From contig NC_091997.1 in assembly GCF_044704955.1 (NCBI RefSeq), forward strand, positions 34,658,001-34,722,000: a DNA stretch of 64,000 nucleotides, written 5' to 3'. The notes below the pieces were generated by a model. That model was given only the letters and a program-made list of their open reading frames with translations. It made no database searches and was not told the DNA's origin. The position numbers and the translations under genes are program-made. Shown here piece after piece: positions 47,735 through 60,275 of the stretch (its first letter is position 1; each line of letters starts with the position of its first letter). The stretch is from Pristiophorus japonicus (Eukaryota).

Positions 47735-48510
47735 TCATAGACTCATACAGCAGCGAAGGAGGCCTTTCAGTCCATCATGTTTGTGCTGAATCTTTGAAAG
47801 AGCTATCCAATTAGTCCCACTCTGCTACTCTTTCCCCATAGCTCCACAAAGTTCTTCTTTTCAAGTATTTATCCTATTCCCTTTGTAAAGTTATTATTGA
47901 ATCTGCTTCCACCACCCTTTCAGGCAGTGCATTCCAGATCATAACTTGCTGTGTAAAAAAAATTCTCTTTATTACCCCGCTGGATTTTTGGGCAATTATG
48001 TTAAATCTGTGTCCTGTTTACTGACCCCCCTGTCACTGAAAACAGTTTCTCACTGGTTACTCTATCAAAACTCCTCATAATTTGAACACCTCTATTAAAG
48101 CTCCTCTTAACCTTCCCTGCTCTAAGGAGAACAATCCCAGCTTCTCCAGTCTCTCCACATAACTGAAGTCCCTCATCCCTGGTACCATTCTAGTAAATCT
48201 CCTCTGCACCCTCTCCATGACATCCTTCGTAAAGTGTGGTGCCCAAAATTAGACACAATACTCCAGCTGAGGTCTAACCAGTGACTTATAAAGGTTTACC
48301 ATAACTTCATTGTACTCTATGCCTCTACTTAAAAACTGAGGATCCCCATGTGGTTTCTTTTAACAACCTTATCAACCTGTCAAACCACCTTCAAAGCTTT
48401 GTGTGTGTAAAATCCAAATCTCTCTGTTCCTGCACCCCCTTTAAAATTCAACCATTTAGTTTATATTACCTCACCTCATTTTACCTTCCAAAATGCCTCA
48501 CTTCACTAAT
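47735..48510 (-). mobile_element. Old CR1 3' fragment
   Basis: Degraded match to 30806-31290. Confidence 0.65.
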
Positions 48511-51348
48511 TTTGTGTGTTGCAAAGTTACATACCGTGTAGGCCAGTGTGGAGTTGTAACTGGGAGAGTTGAAAAATGCACACACCAGTGTTCCCTTTAA
48601 GCTGCGTGACTACGAAGTGCTCCAGGGGTCTGGCTCAGCTAGGTTGTGAATAGAAAAACTGCGCATGCGCGGTATTTTGAATGGGCTGCACTGTCTGTTA
48701 AAAGGGCCAAGTGGCCCGAAACAATATTACACAGAACATTGCTCATCACAGTTGATCCCTCTCCATATCTCCCAGCAGCTATCAAGAGCTTGTGATTTAA
48801 CAGGATAAATAACAAGGAAGGAGACCTGTGGGGAGCTGTATAATGAGGGATCGGGAAAAGGATTTAAATCAAAGCTCGGGGCAGGGAGCTAACTGAGGAA
48901 GAGCAGACGAGGATGTGATTGGGTGTAACTGTGGCCCGGCGCTGGTGCTGGCTACACTAGGAACCTACCTGAAGAATAGGAATAACTGACCATGGGTCTG
49001 AACTTTCCCTTGACATCAAGGTAATTGGAGTCTAGTGCAGGAAAATAGTGGGTTAAACAAATTCTGCTCAGCTGCGCCAGCGTCACTTCAACTGTCTGAA
49101 AATTCTAACCAACCTCAAACACTAAACATCAGTGGGTCTAGGTAACTCACTGTAAATAACATTCTTTCTTTGCTGATCCATTCTGGGAAGCTGTGTGTTG
49201 GAGGTTAATACCATGTTTGTACTGACTCCCAGAGGTAAACTTTAACCCTCAAGGAATGAGTCGGTTAGGGGCAGGTGGGTTGGTAGAAATGTTAACATTC
49301 TCAAACCCGACCCCAACCCGCCCACTACTGCTTTTAACAGGGGTGGGTAAGGGCGGGGGGGGGGGAGTGGGCTGTGATTCCCAGGCCTCGGGAATCCCGG
49401 CAGGCAAAAGGAGGCCAAAAGGCTGGATCCATGAGATAAATGCCTTTATTACACTGCTTGTGGGCCAGGAGGAGCAGAAGTGTCTCCCCCAGGCCCATCG
49501 AGCTAACCTCCACACGATCAGCCCCACGCTGAGCACTCCCCCCACCTGCGATATCCAATTCACCCCTTGCAATGCCTGACCCCACCCCAATGTCCAACAA
49601 CCCCGTTATATCCGATTCACCCCCTCCCCCGCAGTGTCAGAATTCCTCCCCCCCCACAATGTCACAACCTCCCCGGACCCCACGCAATGTCAGACTTACC
49701 TGACATCCATTCCCCAGCTGCTTTCCAGCCAGACAGATAGCCAGCCTGTCAAACTGGCGATGGGTCATCGACCCAAAACCTTAACTCTGTTTCTCTCCCC
49801 ACAGAAGCTGCCTGACCTGCTGAGTATTTACAGCATTTTCTCTTTTAATTTCAGATTCCAGCATCTGCAGTGTTGTGTTTTTGTATTTCTGTCAAACTGG
49901 CTGACTGACGGGCGAGGATACTGTCCCAAAAGTTAAAATGGTGTCCTCCCGTTAAATTCGTCAGAATGTGCGGGGAAACTCTGGGTTTCCCGTCCAAATA
50001 TACTCCCTTTCCCCCCTTCACTTTCTCCCTGGCTCCGAGTAAATGTTGGGGCCACAGTCTCAGAGTCTGATCTGCAAATTCAGTCAACCTAACTAGCCTA
50101 CTGGCTCTTGACGACAGCAACCATAGCGTCATTAACGTCCCAAAGTCGTTCCTAACCCCGCACTCTCCCCCGTAGACCATCTGTTGACTGCACATGATGC
50201 TGGCTACACTGTGAATCTACTCATAGACTGAGATTTGGATTTTTGCTACCAGGGTCAAACTCGTACTGATCATCACGAGATTGGTACCATTTGCAGGAAA
50301 TAGCAGGTTGCAGAAATGCCACTCAATCGCGCGGGCTACACATTTAATTTGTTTATAACACACTCAGCAGCCTAAATGAAGGGGTTCTGGATGACACAAA
50401 GAATACTTTGGCTATTACATTTACTTATCTTGATATTCAACCAGTGGAATTCGGCAACAATATTGTATTTCTTCTCTCTCACCTCCCCTGAAGGCTGTGG
50501 ACCATGGAAGTTTGCCACCTTTTGGTATCATTCTTTATGTGTGAGCATAGGCAAGATATTCGACCACAGCAGCATCACAACTGAGCCAAAACCTGTCCTT
50601 TCTTGATAACAGTCAGGAGCAGGAGCCATAGTTGGCTCTCCAGCCCTGCTGCCAGCCTACCTGGGTTTGCACTTGGTATGGCACTGGTAACTCCAGGAAT
50701 TTGTTTTCTATAAAAGGATGTATTGCATATACATCTGGCACTGGCAAAGGGCAGGGGACTGTGGCTATGGGGCTGTCTTATGCACTGAACCTTAGGAATA
50801 TCTACAGTACATCCATCTCTCCTCTGTTGGCACCTTCACCACAAATGGTGCTGTGACAATGCTCATGTAACACTTGGAACCGCTCTGTGATCAGCAGAAG
50901 CAGAAAACCAATCATGATGTCAGCATTTCTTCCCTCTAGATTTTTCGCAAACGACAGGGGGGGAAGCCTGTGGGGAGCAGGTGATGGCAGGAACAGACTG
51001 CAAATCAGAACTCAAAGGCAGAGGACTAAATACGAAATAGCAGGTGAGGATGTGATATTTTATCGGCCCAGTTTGGTGATTACTTCACATTATGTTTACT
51101 ACAGTGAGGAACTAGCATAGAATCAGTAAGATTTACAGGGCAGAAAGACGCCATTCAGCCCATCAAATCAGCACTGGCAGTTTGCTGAAACAATCCAAAC
51201 GTTATTATCCTGCCTCGTTCTCTCCCCCACAGCCCTGTATCTTCCTCTGCTTCAAATATTGATCTAATTTTCCATTGAAAGATGTAACAGTCTATGCCTT
51301 AACCGCCCCAAGCTCCAACAACGCTCTGCATAAAGAAGTTTCTCCTAC

Positions 51349-51412
51349 CATGACTGGCGTTGGTATCACGGAATACTTCAAGCTTTTGAATTGCATCGCC
51401 CACTTCCGACAT
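51349..51412 (-). CDS. Putative first coding exon of an unknown gene (MSEVGDAIQKLEVFRDTNASH)
   Basis: Acceptor CTTTACTATACCAG at 51421, ACAATG start with A at -3, 21 open codons, donor G/GTAGGA; phase 1 matches the exon at 38489. Confidence 0.45.
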
Positions 51413-52321
51413 TGTGAAGCCTGGTATAGTAAAGTAGCAGGTTACATGGATTCTACACTTCATCACTCGAGGTAAATAAATGCAAGTAGTATTCTGCCTG
51501 TTGCCTTTGTTTAAGGTGCTGGTTTCTGCTTAGCTATGAGGACAGATTGGAAGGCTGGGTTTGTTCTCCTTGGAACAGAGAAGACTGAGGGGAGACCCCA
51601 TTGAGGTATATAAAATTTTGAGGGGCTTGGATATAATGGATAGCAAGGGCCTATTTCCCTTGGTGGAGGGGTAGGTTTAAGGTGGATGGTTCAGAGGGGA
51701 TTTGAGGGGGCGGGGGTTTCTTCACCCACAGGGTTGTGGGGGTCTAGGAACTCTGCCTGGAAAGGTGGTCGAGGCAGAAACCCTCACCAAATTTAAAAGA
51801 TGCTTGCAGGGTTACAGACCAAGAGCTGATAAGTGGGATTAAACTGGATAACCTCTTGTTGGCTGGCACAGACACGATGGTAAGTACTTCAGGAATTGAA
51901 TATGGCCAGGGGGTGATCTCCTGGACTAGTTACGATCGTCAGGATGGGTCGGAGGGGAATTTTCCCAGATTTCTTTTCTCCAATTGGCCTGATTTTTTAA
52001 ATCTGTTTTTTTTGCCTCTCCCAGGAGATCACATAGCTCCAGGTGGGGTGGAGTGTAAAATGTTGCGATACATGAGGTATCGCAGTTGTGTTGAGCGGAC
52101 TGGTTGGGCCGGATACACTTTACCTGTCCACTGTTGTTCATTGTTCATAGGTTTATATGTAACCTTCAGGGCTGCTGACCAAGGGCCGTGTGGCTCTTTG
52201 TCAGCCGGCGTGGACACAATGGGCTGAAATGGCCTCCTTCTGCGCTGTAAACTTCTATGTTTCTAAACTTTTCAGCGAATAAAAATGTACAAATCCTTTT
52301 GGGAATATTGATACTTTTTCC

Positions 52322-53358
52322 AGGGGAGGGAAGGGAGGTGAGGAGAGGGAGGCAGTGGTAGGGGAGGGAGGCGTAGTCGGGGAGGGGAGCGAGGAAGGGG
52401 TTGGGTCGGGAAGGGGAGGGAAGAGGGGGTCGGGGAGGGGAGGGAGGAGGGGGTCGGGGAGGGAGACTGGGTCAGGTAGGGGATGGAGATGTGGGTCGGG
52501 GAGGGGAGGGAGGCGTGGGTCGGGGAGGGGAGGGAGGCGGGGTCGGGGAGGGGAGGGAGGCATGGGTCAGGGAGGGGAGGGAGGAGGCGATTGGGGAGGG
52601 AAGGGGCGGGAGGCGGAGTCGGGAAGGGGAGAGAGGCGCGGTTGGGTAGGGGAGGGTGGCGTGGGTCGGGGAGGGGAGGGAGGAGGGAGGAGGGGGTCGG
52701 GGAGGAGACAGAAGAGGAGGTCGGGGAGGGAGGAGGGGAGGGAGGAGGGGGTCGGGGAGGGAAGAGGTGGTCGGGGAGGTGGGGGTCGGGGAGGGGAGAG
52801 GTGGTCGGGGAGGGGAGGAAGGCGGGGATCGGGGAGGGGAAGAGGGGGTCGGGGAGGGGAGGGAGGCGGGGATCAGGGAGGGGAGGGAGGAGGGGGTCGG
52901 GGAGGGAGGAGAGGGTCGAGGAGGGAGCGGGGGGTCGGTGTCGGGGAGGGGAGGGAGTTGGAGGTCGGGAAGGGCGGGGGGGTTGGGGAGGGGAGGGAGG
53001 AGGGTGGCAGGGGTCGGGGAGGGGAGGGAGGAGGGAGTCAGGGAGGTGGGAGGTCGGGGAGAGAGGAGGGGTCAGAGGAGGGGGTTGGGGAGGGGAGGGA
53101 GACGGGGGTCAGGGAGGGGAGGGAGAAGGGGATCAGGGAGGGGAGGGAGGAGGGGTTCGAGGAGGGGAGGGAGGTGGCGGTCGGGGAGGGGAAGGGACGG
53201 AAGCGGGGGTTGGGAGGGAGATGGGGGGGTCGGGGAGGGGAGGGAGGTGGGGTCGGGGAGGGGAGGGAGGTCGGGGAGGGGAGGGAGGAGGGGGTCGGTG
53301 AGGGAGGAAGGTGTCGGGGAGGGAGGCGGGGTGGGGAAAAAGGCAGGGAGGGGAGGGA
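52322..53358. repeat. G-rich degenerate satellite (ggggtcggggaggggagggagg)n
   Basis: About 1 kb almost entirely G/A, with recurring G3-G5 runs. Confidence 0.93.
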
Positions 53359-54304
53359 GCATCCAGGCTGCATCCTCGTAAATCTCCTCTGCACCCACTC
53401 CAGTGCAATCATGTCCTTCCTACAATACGACGACCAAAACTGCATGCAGTATTTCAGCTATGGCCTAACCAGTGTATTGTACAATTTAAGCATAACCTCC
53501 CTGCTCTTGTAGTCTATGCCTCGGCCAATAAAGGCAAGCATTCCGTATGCCTTCTTAACCACCTTAACCACCTGGCCTGCTACTTTCAGGGATCTGTTGG
53601 CAAGCACTGCAAGGTCCCTTTGTTCATCTACACTTCTAAGTGGCCTACCATTTAATGTGTATATCCTGGACAGCGTGGTGGTCCCGACCTGCGAGAGACC
53701 ATCAGCAGCATGTCGGGGCCATAAAAGGAGTGGCGAACAGATAGGCGCATGGCGGTGTACCACTTCAAGGTACAGGGTGAGCTGGTGCAGGAGGGCGACG
53801 GCAGCAAAGAGGGACGTCATCAAGGTCCAGGTCGGTGATAGGAGCGTGGGCAGATACAGCAGGAGCGACGAGGTCAAGGTGAAGGAGCGGCGAGAGAATG
53901 TAGAGGGATGTGATCGGGACCCGGGAGAGGCGTGAGTTCGGGGCCAGAAGAGGTGTGGGCCCAGAGGCAGCACGGGCCAGCCCACACTGCGATATGTGCT
54001 CACTAGGCCCGTGCAGCAGAGCTGGTCTCCAGTCATCTTGGTTAATCCTTGCCACTGGACCAAGCCCGTGTGGTGGCTGGTGCACAACGGTCACCACACG
54101 TTAAAAAAATCCACGCACAGGCATCTTCCACCCTTCAAGATGTAGTTTGGGATCTGGAATATTAGGTCCTTCATTGAAACATCTGTGAACTCAGTGTGGA
54201 AGCAAGTCATCCTCGTTTCGAGGGACTGCCTATGATGATGGTATCTGCTAACACACTAATGGGATGTGGCTCAATACGTTGGTTAATCCCTCATTTAATT
54301 AAAA

Positions 54305-54620
54305 CACAGCCTCTTGCCTCTGAAGATTGTGGGTTCAAGTCCCACTCCAGGGATTTGAGCACAAAATCCAGGCTGACACTTCCCACTAAAGTACTGAGCG
54401 AGTGCTGCACTGTCGGAGGGACCGTCTTTCAGATGAGACGTTAAATCGAGGCCCCATCTGCCCTCTCAGGTGAATGTAAAAGCAGATTATCACATTACTG
54501 TTCATGGGACCTTGCTGTGCGCAAATTGGCTGCCACGTTTCCTACATTACAACAGTGACTGCACTTCAAAAGTACTGCAAAGCACTTTGGGATGTCCTGA
54601 CATTGTGAAAGGCGCAACTA
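54305..54620 (+). mobile_element. DeuSINE copy with internal deletion
   Basis: Head and tail match; central part missing. Confidence 0.7.
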
Positions 54621-55084
54621 AAACACCCTTCTTAGGGTGGGGAAGATCAGTCAATCAGTAAGTCATGTAAATCTGTCAATTAAATGTGAATTGGGATGAC
54701 TGAGTTTTGTTGTATCTGTGGGTACATTAACAGCCCGTGATATGATGTGATAAACACTGGCTATTAAACAGTGTCTCATCATGCCTCTGAAAAACATCTC
54801 CAGTGCTTCACATGGACTACTTTTGAAGTGCAGTCACTGCTATTGTGTAGGTAACACCGCCCTCCCAGATTTGTGAATATCAAGATCCCACAAACAGCAG
54901 CAAGTAAATAAGAAAGGATGAAAACTTGTGGGTGAATTTGACAGCAAGGAACAACAGGAAGAGTATTTCAAACCAGAACTCAGAGAAAACAAAACGAGAA
55001 AGCGCAGAGGAGAATCTGACGCAGTAATTGCGGTTTGGTTGTTCGTGCAGTACAGAGACATGCACTATGTACAGCAGGCACCTC

Positions 55085-55562
55085 AAAACACCAAAGCTAC
55101 CTCCACAAAATCCTGCAAATTCATTGGCAGGATAGGCGCACCAACATCGGTGTTCTTGCTCAGGCCAACATCCTTAGCATCGAGGCACTGACCACGCTCA
55201 ACCAACTCTGATGGACAGGCCACATTGTCCACATGCCCGATACTAGACTCCCGAAACAAGTGCTCTACTCTGAGCTCCGACATGGCAAGCGAGTTCCGGG
55301 AGGGCAGAGAAAATGCTTCAAGGACACCCTCAAATCCTCCTTAAAAACATGCAACATCCCTACTGACACATGGGAATCCCTGGCCCAAGACCGCTCAAAG
55401 TGGAGGAGAAGCATCCGGGAAGGCGCTGACTACTTTGAGTCTCTTCATCAGAAGCACGCGGAAGCCAAGCACAAACAACGGAAGGAGCGTACGACAACCC
55501 AAGCACCCCACTCACCTGTCCCTTCAACCACCATCTGCCCCTCCTATGACAGAGACTGTAGA
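55085..55562 (+). mobile_element. RTE-clade LINE 3' ORF fragment
   Basis: MPDTRLPKQVLYSEL..GGQRKCFKDTLK..WESLAQDRSKWR. Confidence 0.82.
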
Positions 55563-57846
55563 TAGAAACATAGAAAATAGGTGCAGGAGTAGGCCATTCG
55601 GCCCTTCGAGCCTGCACCACCATTCAATAAGATCATGGCTGATCACAGTACCACTTTTCTGCTTTCTCCCCATACACCTTGATCCCTTTAGCCGTAAGGG
55701 CCATATCTAACTCCCTCTTGAATATATCCAATGAACTGGCATCAACAACTCTCTGCGGTCGAGAATTCCACAGGTTAACAACTCTCTGAGTGAAGAAGTT
55801 TCTCCTCATCTCAGTCCTAAATGGCTTACCCTTTATCCTGAGACTATGTCCCCTGGTTTTGGACTTCCCCAACATCGGGAACATTCTTCCTGCATCTAAC
55901 CTCTCCAGTCCCGTCAGAATTTTATATATTTCTATCAGATTCCCTCTCATCCTTCTAAACTCCAGTGAATACAGGCCCAGTCAATCCAGTTTCTCCTCAT
56001 ATGTCAGTCCTGCCATCCCGGGAATCAGTCTGGTGAACCTTCGCTGCACTCCCTCAATAGCAAGAACAGCCTTCCTCAGATTAGAAGACCAAAACTGAAC
56101 ACAATATTCCAGGTGAGGCCTCACCAAGGCCCTGTACAACTGCAGTAAGACCTTCCTGCTCCTATACTCAAATCCCCTAGCTATGAAGGCCAACATACCA
56201 TTTGCCTTCTTCACCGCTTGCTGTACCTGTATGCCAACCTTCAATGACTGATGTACCATGACACCCAGGTCTCATTGCACCTTCCCTTTTCCTAATCTGC
56301 CCCCATTCAGATAATATTCTGCCTTCGTGTTTTTGCCACCAAAGTGGATAACCCCACATTTATCCAAATTATACGGCATCTGTCACGCGTTTGCCCACTC
56401 ACCTAACCTGTCCAAGTCCCCCTGCAGCCTTTTAGCATCCTCCTCACAGCTCACACTGCCACCCAGTTTAGTGTTATCTGCAAACTTGGAGATATTATAC
56501 TCAATTCCCTCATCCAAATCATTATGTATATTGTAAATAGCTGGGGTCCCAGCACTGTGCCCTGCGGCACCCCACTAGTCACTGCCTGCCATTCTGAAAA
56601 GGACCCGTTTATCCCGAGTCCTGTCTGCCAACCAGTTCTCTATCGACATCAGAACATTACCCCCAATACCACGTGCTTTAATTTTGCCCACCAATCTCTT
56701 GTGTGGGACCTTGTTGAAAGCCTTTTGAAAGTCCAAATACACCACATCCACTGGTCCTCCCTTGTCCACTCTACCAGTTACATCCTCAAAACATTCTAGA
56801 AGATTTATCAAGCAGGATTTCCCTTTCATAAATCCATGCTGACTTGGACCGAAATGATTCCAACATCTTCCCCACTACTGATGTCAGGCTAACCGGTCTA
56901 TAATTACCCGTTTTCTCTCTCCCTCCTTTCTTAAAAAGTGGTGCTACATTAGCTACCCTCCAGTCCATAGGAACCGATCCAGAGTCGATAAACTGTTGGA
57001 AAATGATCACCAATGCATCCACTATTTCTAGGGCTACTTCCTTAAGTACTCTGGGATGCAGACTATTGGGCCCCGGGGATTTATCGGCTTTCAATCCCAT
57101 CAATTTCCCTAACACAATTTCCCACCTAATAAGGATTTCCTTCAGTTCCTCCTTCTCACTAGACCCTCGGTCCCCTTGTATTTCTGGAAGGTTATTTGTG
57201 TCTTCCTTCGTGAAGACAGAACTAAAGTATTTGGGTATGGAGAGAAAGCAGGAAAGGCGTACTGAGGTGAATGATCAGCCATGATCTTATCGAATGGCGG
57301 TGCAGGCTTGAAGGGCCAAATGGCCTACTCCTGCACCTATTTCCTATGTTTCTATGTTAACTGGTCCACCATTTCTTTGTTCCCCATTATAAATTCACCC
57401 GAATCTGACTGCAAGGGACCTACGTTTGTTTTCACTAATCTTTTTCTCTTCAGATATCTATGGAAGCTTTTGCAGTCAGTTTTTATGTTCCTAGCAAGCT
57501 TCCTCTCAAACTCTATTTTCCCCCTCCTAATTAAACCCTTTGTCCTCCTCTGCTGTATTAGAAAAATTCACCCAGTCCTCAGGTTTGCTGCTTTTTCTGG
57601 CCAATTTATATGCCTCTTCCTTGGATTTAACACTATCCTTAATTTCCCTTGTTAGCCACGGTTGAGCCACCTTCCCTGTTTTATTTTTACTCCAGACAGA
57701 GATGTACAATTGTTGAAGTTCATCCATGTGATCTTTAAATGTTTTCCATTGCCTATCCACCGTCAACCCTCTAAGTATCACTCGCTAGTCTATTCTAGCC
57801 AATTCACGTCTCATACCATCGAAGTTACCTTTCCTTAAGTTCAGAT
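55563..57846 (-). mobile_element. CR1 ORF2 3' two-thirds, degenerate; a short antisense CR1 3' end is nested at 57233-57356
   Basis: KVAQPWLTREI, KADKSPGP, YLDFQKAF; tagaaaca tail. Confidence 0.9.
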
Positions 57847-59199
57847 CCCGCATTGGCCTCATCAGTCACCTTAGAACGCATATTGGTGTGGAAGCACGTC
57901 ATCCTCGACTCCAGGGGACTGCCTAAGAAGAAGAAGACTTTGAACCTACCGGTATCAGACCAAATTCCATCTGCATAGCTGTTACTGGGCGTATGAGGCA
58001 TTTTTCGACCAGAAGATGCTCTAGAGGCTATTGGATAAATACAGCAGGTTACACACAATTTGGTCAACTATACTGCAGCTCATTTTCTAGTCTTCTCTCC
58101 TGAAGGAGGCTGATTCTCACTGAAGTATTGTTCCAGGGTGCTGGGCACCTGCTGAAACCCAGCCTCATTCCATTACATGCGAGACCAGACAGTGCAAGAT
58201 TGTACCGGCCAGCATTTTGACTATGGGGAAGGGATTGGTGCCATTGGTGGAACTGTATGTAAAATTCAGTCAATGGAGAGAGGAAGGTGAGGTTAATGGT
58301 TCAGGTCGATGCCCTTTTTACCTGTAACGTTGACCCTACCTTTCTTTCCACAGCAATTTCTGTTTTAATTTCACATTTTCTGTATCTGCAGTATTTTCTT
58401 CTTAGAAATATGTGTCCCCCAAAGAAAACATGGAGATCATGGGAGGCTCAATGGAAGAACAGTGCACAATGCCACACGGTCACTGGGGAGAAGGTGCCCA
58501 GTGAGGCCTGACGCTTTGCTGAAATGAATGAGTGCCTACTTCTCAGTCTCGGCTCCTTCCCAGGGTCCAGTTATAGAAGGTTATTTGCAGAGATCTGGGA
58601 ATAGGTCTCCAGTCAGGAAAAGTGTGCGTCAGGAGAATGGAAGGCGAAAGAGGAAATACCACCCTCCATGTACAAACAGAAAATGCTGGATAAATGAGTG
58701 GTGCCTGAAGTGAAAGGGTAGTTACTGTTTCAGATGGGATTTCTGATGAAAGATCCGACTGAATTGTTAACCTGCCTTTTCTGTTTCAGACACTGATGGA
58801 CCACTATTTGTCTTTTGGCTATTTGCTGCTTTTCCTTTTATCGCTAAGTATAGATTATATTTTGTTCTTATTTATAAGAAATAGATAGGAACCATCAAGG
58901 ATGGGAAAGGGTCATTCAGCCCATTGAAGCCCATCCCTCCAGTACCCTAATTCTCACTTACCTAACTCTCCCATTGAAACGTATTCCTCTCATACCCACA
59001 GTTTTGTTGAAACTCATTCCTCTAGTATCCTAACTCTTCCATTGATGTCCATCCTTCCAGTAACCTAACTCTTCCATAGAAGCGCATCCCTCAGTAGCCT
59101 AAATGCCCCACCAAAGTTTTTCCTCAAAACAAATTGCCCTTACACCTGCCATCAGTCTTATTGTCTGTCTCTTCTCCCTTTTCAATACATGTAGATTCC

Positions 59200-59742
59200 T
59201 TGTGTGACTATTCCAATGTTCTGGCCAGCCTCCCATCTTCCACCCTCTGTAAACTTGAGCTTATCGAAACCTCTGCTGCCCATTTCCTAATACACCAAGT
59301 ACCGATCATCCATCACCCCCGTGTTCGCTGCCCTGCATTGGCTTCCGGTCCAGCAACACCTTAATTTTAAAATTCTTGTCCTTGTGATCAATCCCCGCAT
59401 GGCCTTGCTCCTCCCTATTTCTGCAACCTCCACCAGCCCGACAACATCTCTGCTTTCCTCCAACTCTGGCCTCTTGCACAACGCCGATTTCCTTCGCTCC
59501 ACCGTTGGCAGCCGTGTCTTCAACTGCCTGGGCCCAAATCCCTGGAATTCCCTCCCTAAACTTCTCTACCTCCCTCTCGTCCTTTAAGCTGCCCCTTTAA
59601 ACCTACCCCTATGACCAAGCTTACTTGTCCTAATATCTCCTTATGTGGCAAGGTGTCACATTTTGTCTGAAAACGCTCCTGTGAAGCGCCTTGAGGCTTT
59701 TTACTGCGTTAAAGGCGCTATATAAATGCAAGCTGTTGTTGT
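59200..59742 (+). mobile_element. L2 3' fragment
   Basis: LHWLPVQQHLNFKIL; same family as 345-885. Confidence 0.8.
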
Positions 59743-60275
59743 GTGGCATGGAGACCCAAATTGAGCCCAGTAGTCCAAGTGAGGTCTGCCCAGTGCAGTT
59801 TGGAGCCCAGCATAAGTGCAGAGACTGGTGCTTCATTGCTCTCATTATAGTTCGGTCTACTCTCTGGTCTTTTTTTAAGTCACTCTGCGCTAATTCAATG
59901 CCATTCATATATGTTGGTCTCTTGTTATACCACCGCATCCAGTTTGAATGAGGCGGAGTCCATAGGTGAAAATCCATAGTCCATGGATGAGCTGGCACTG
60001 GGCATCTCTGGTACCTCAGGTCAACCATCTGGGAGCACCACAGGTAGCGTTGCCAACCCTCCTGGATTGTCCGGGATCGGCTGAGCACCGCCCCGAGCAG
60101 TCGATGGACAGTGCCAGCCTACCAATCAGAGGAGGTGGCGTTTTGATGGACAGTGCCACTGCGCCAATCAGAGGAGGCGAAGCGCTAATAGGCGGGTGCG
60201 GACGACAGTGCTGGTTCAGTGCGCATGTGCGGGCCCGCGAGCGCGGCAGTTACTGGGCGGGATATGGAATTTAAC

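Noticed and set aside
48586-48741. Possible hAT-like MITE (cagtgttcc...gaacattg)
   Set aside because: Short degenerate TIRs and no convincing 8-bp TSD
52255-53512. Long Gly/Arg/Glu- or Pro-rich ORFs (also 41724-42379 and 26609-27527)
   Set aside because: Stop-poor low-complexity DNA that is open in several frames at once
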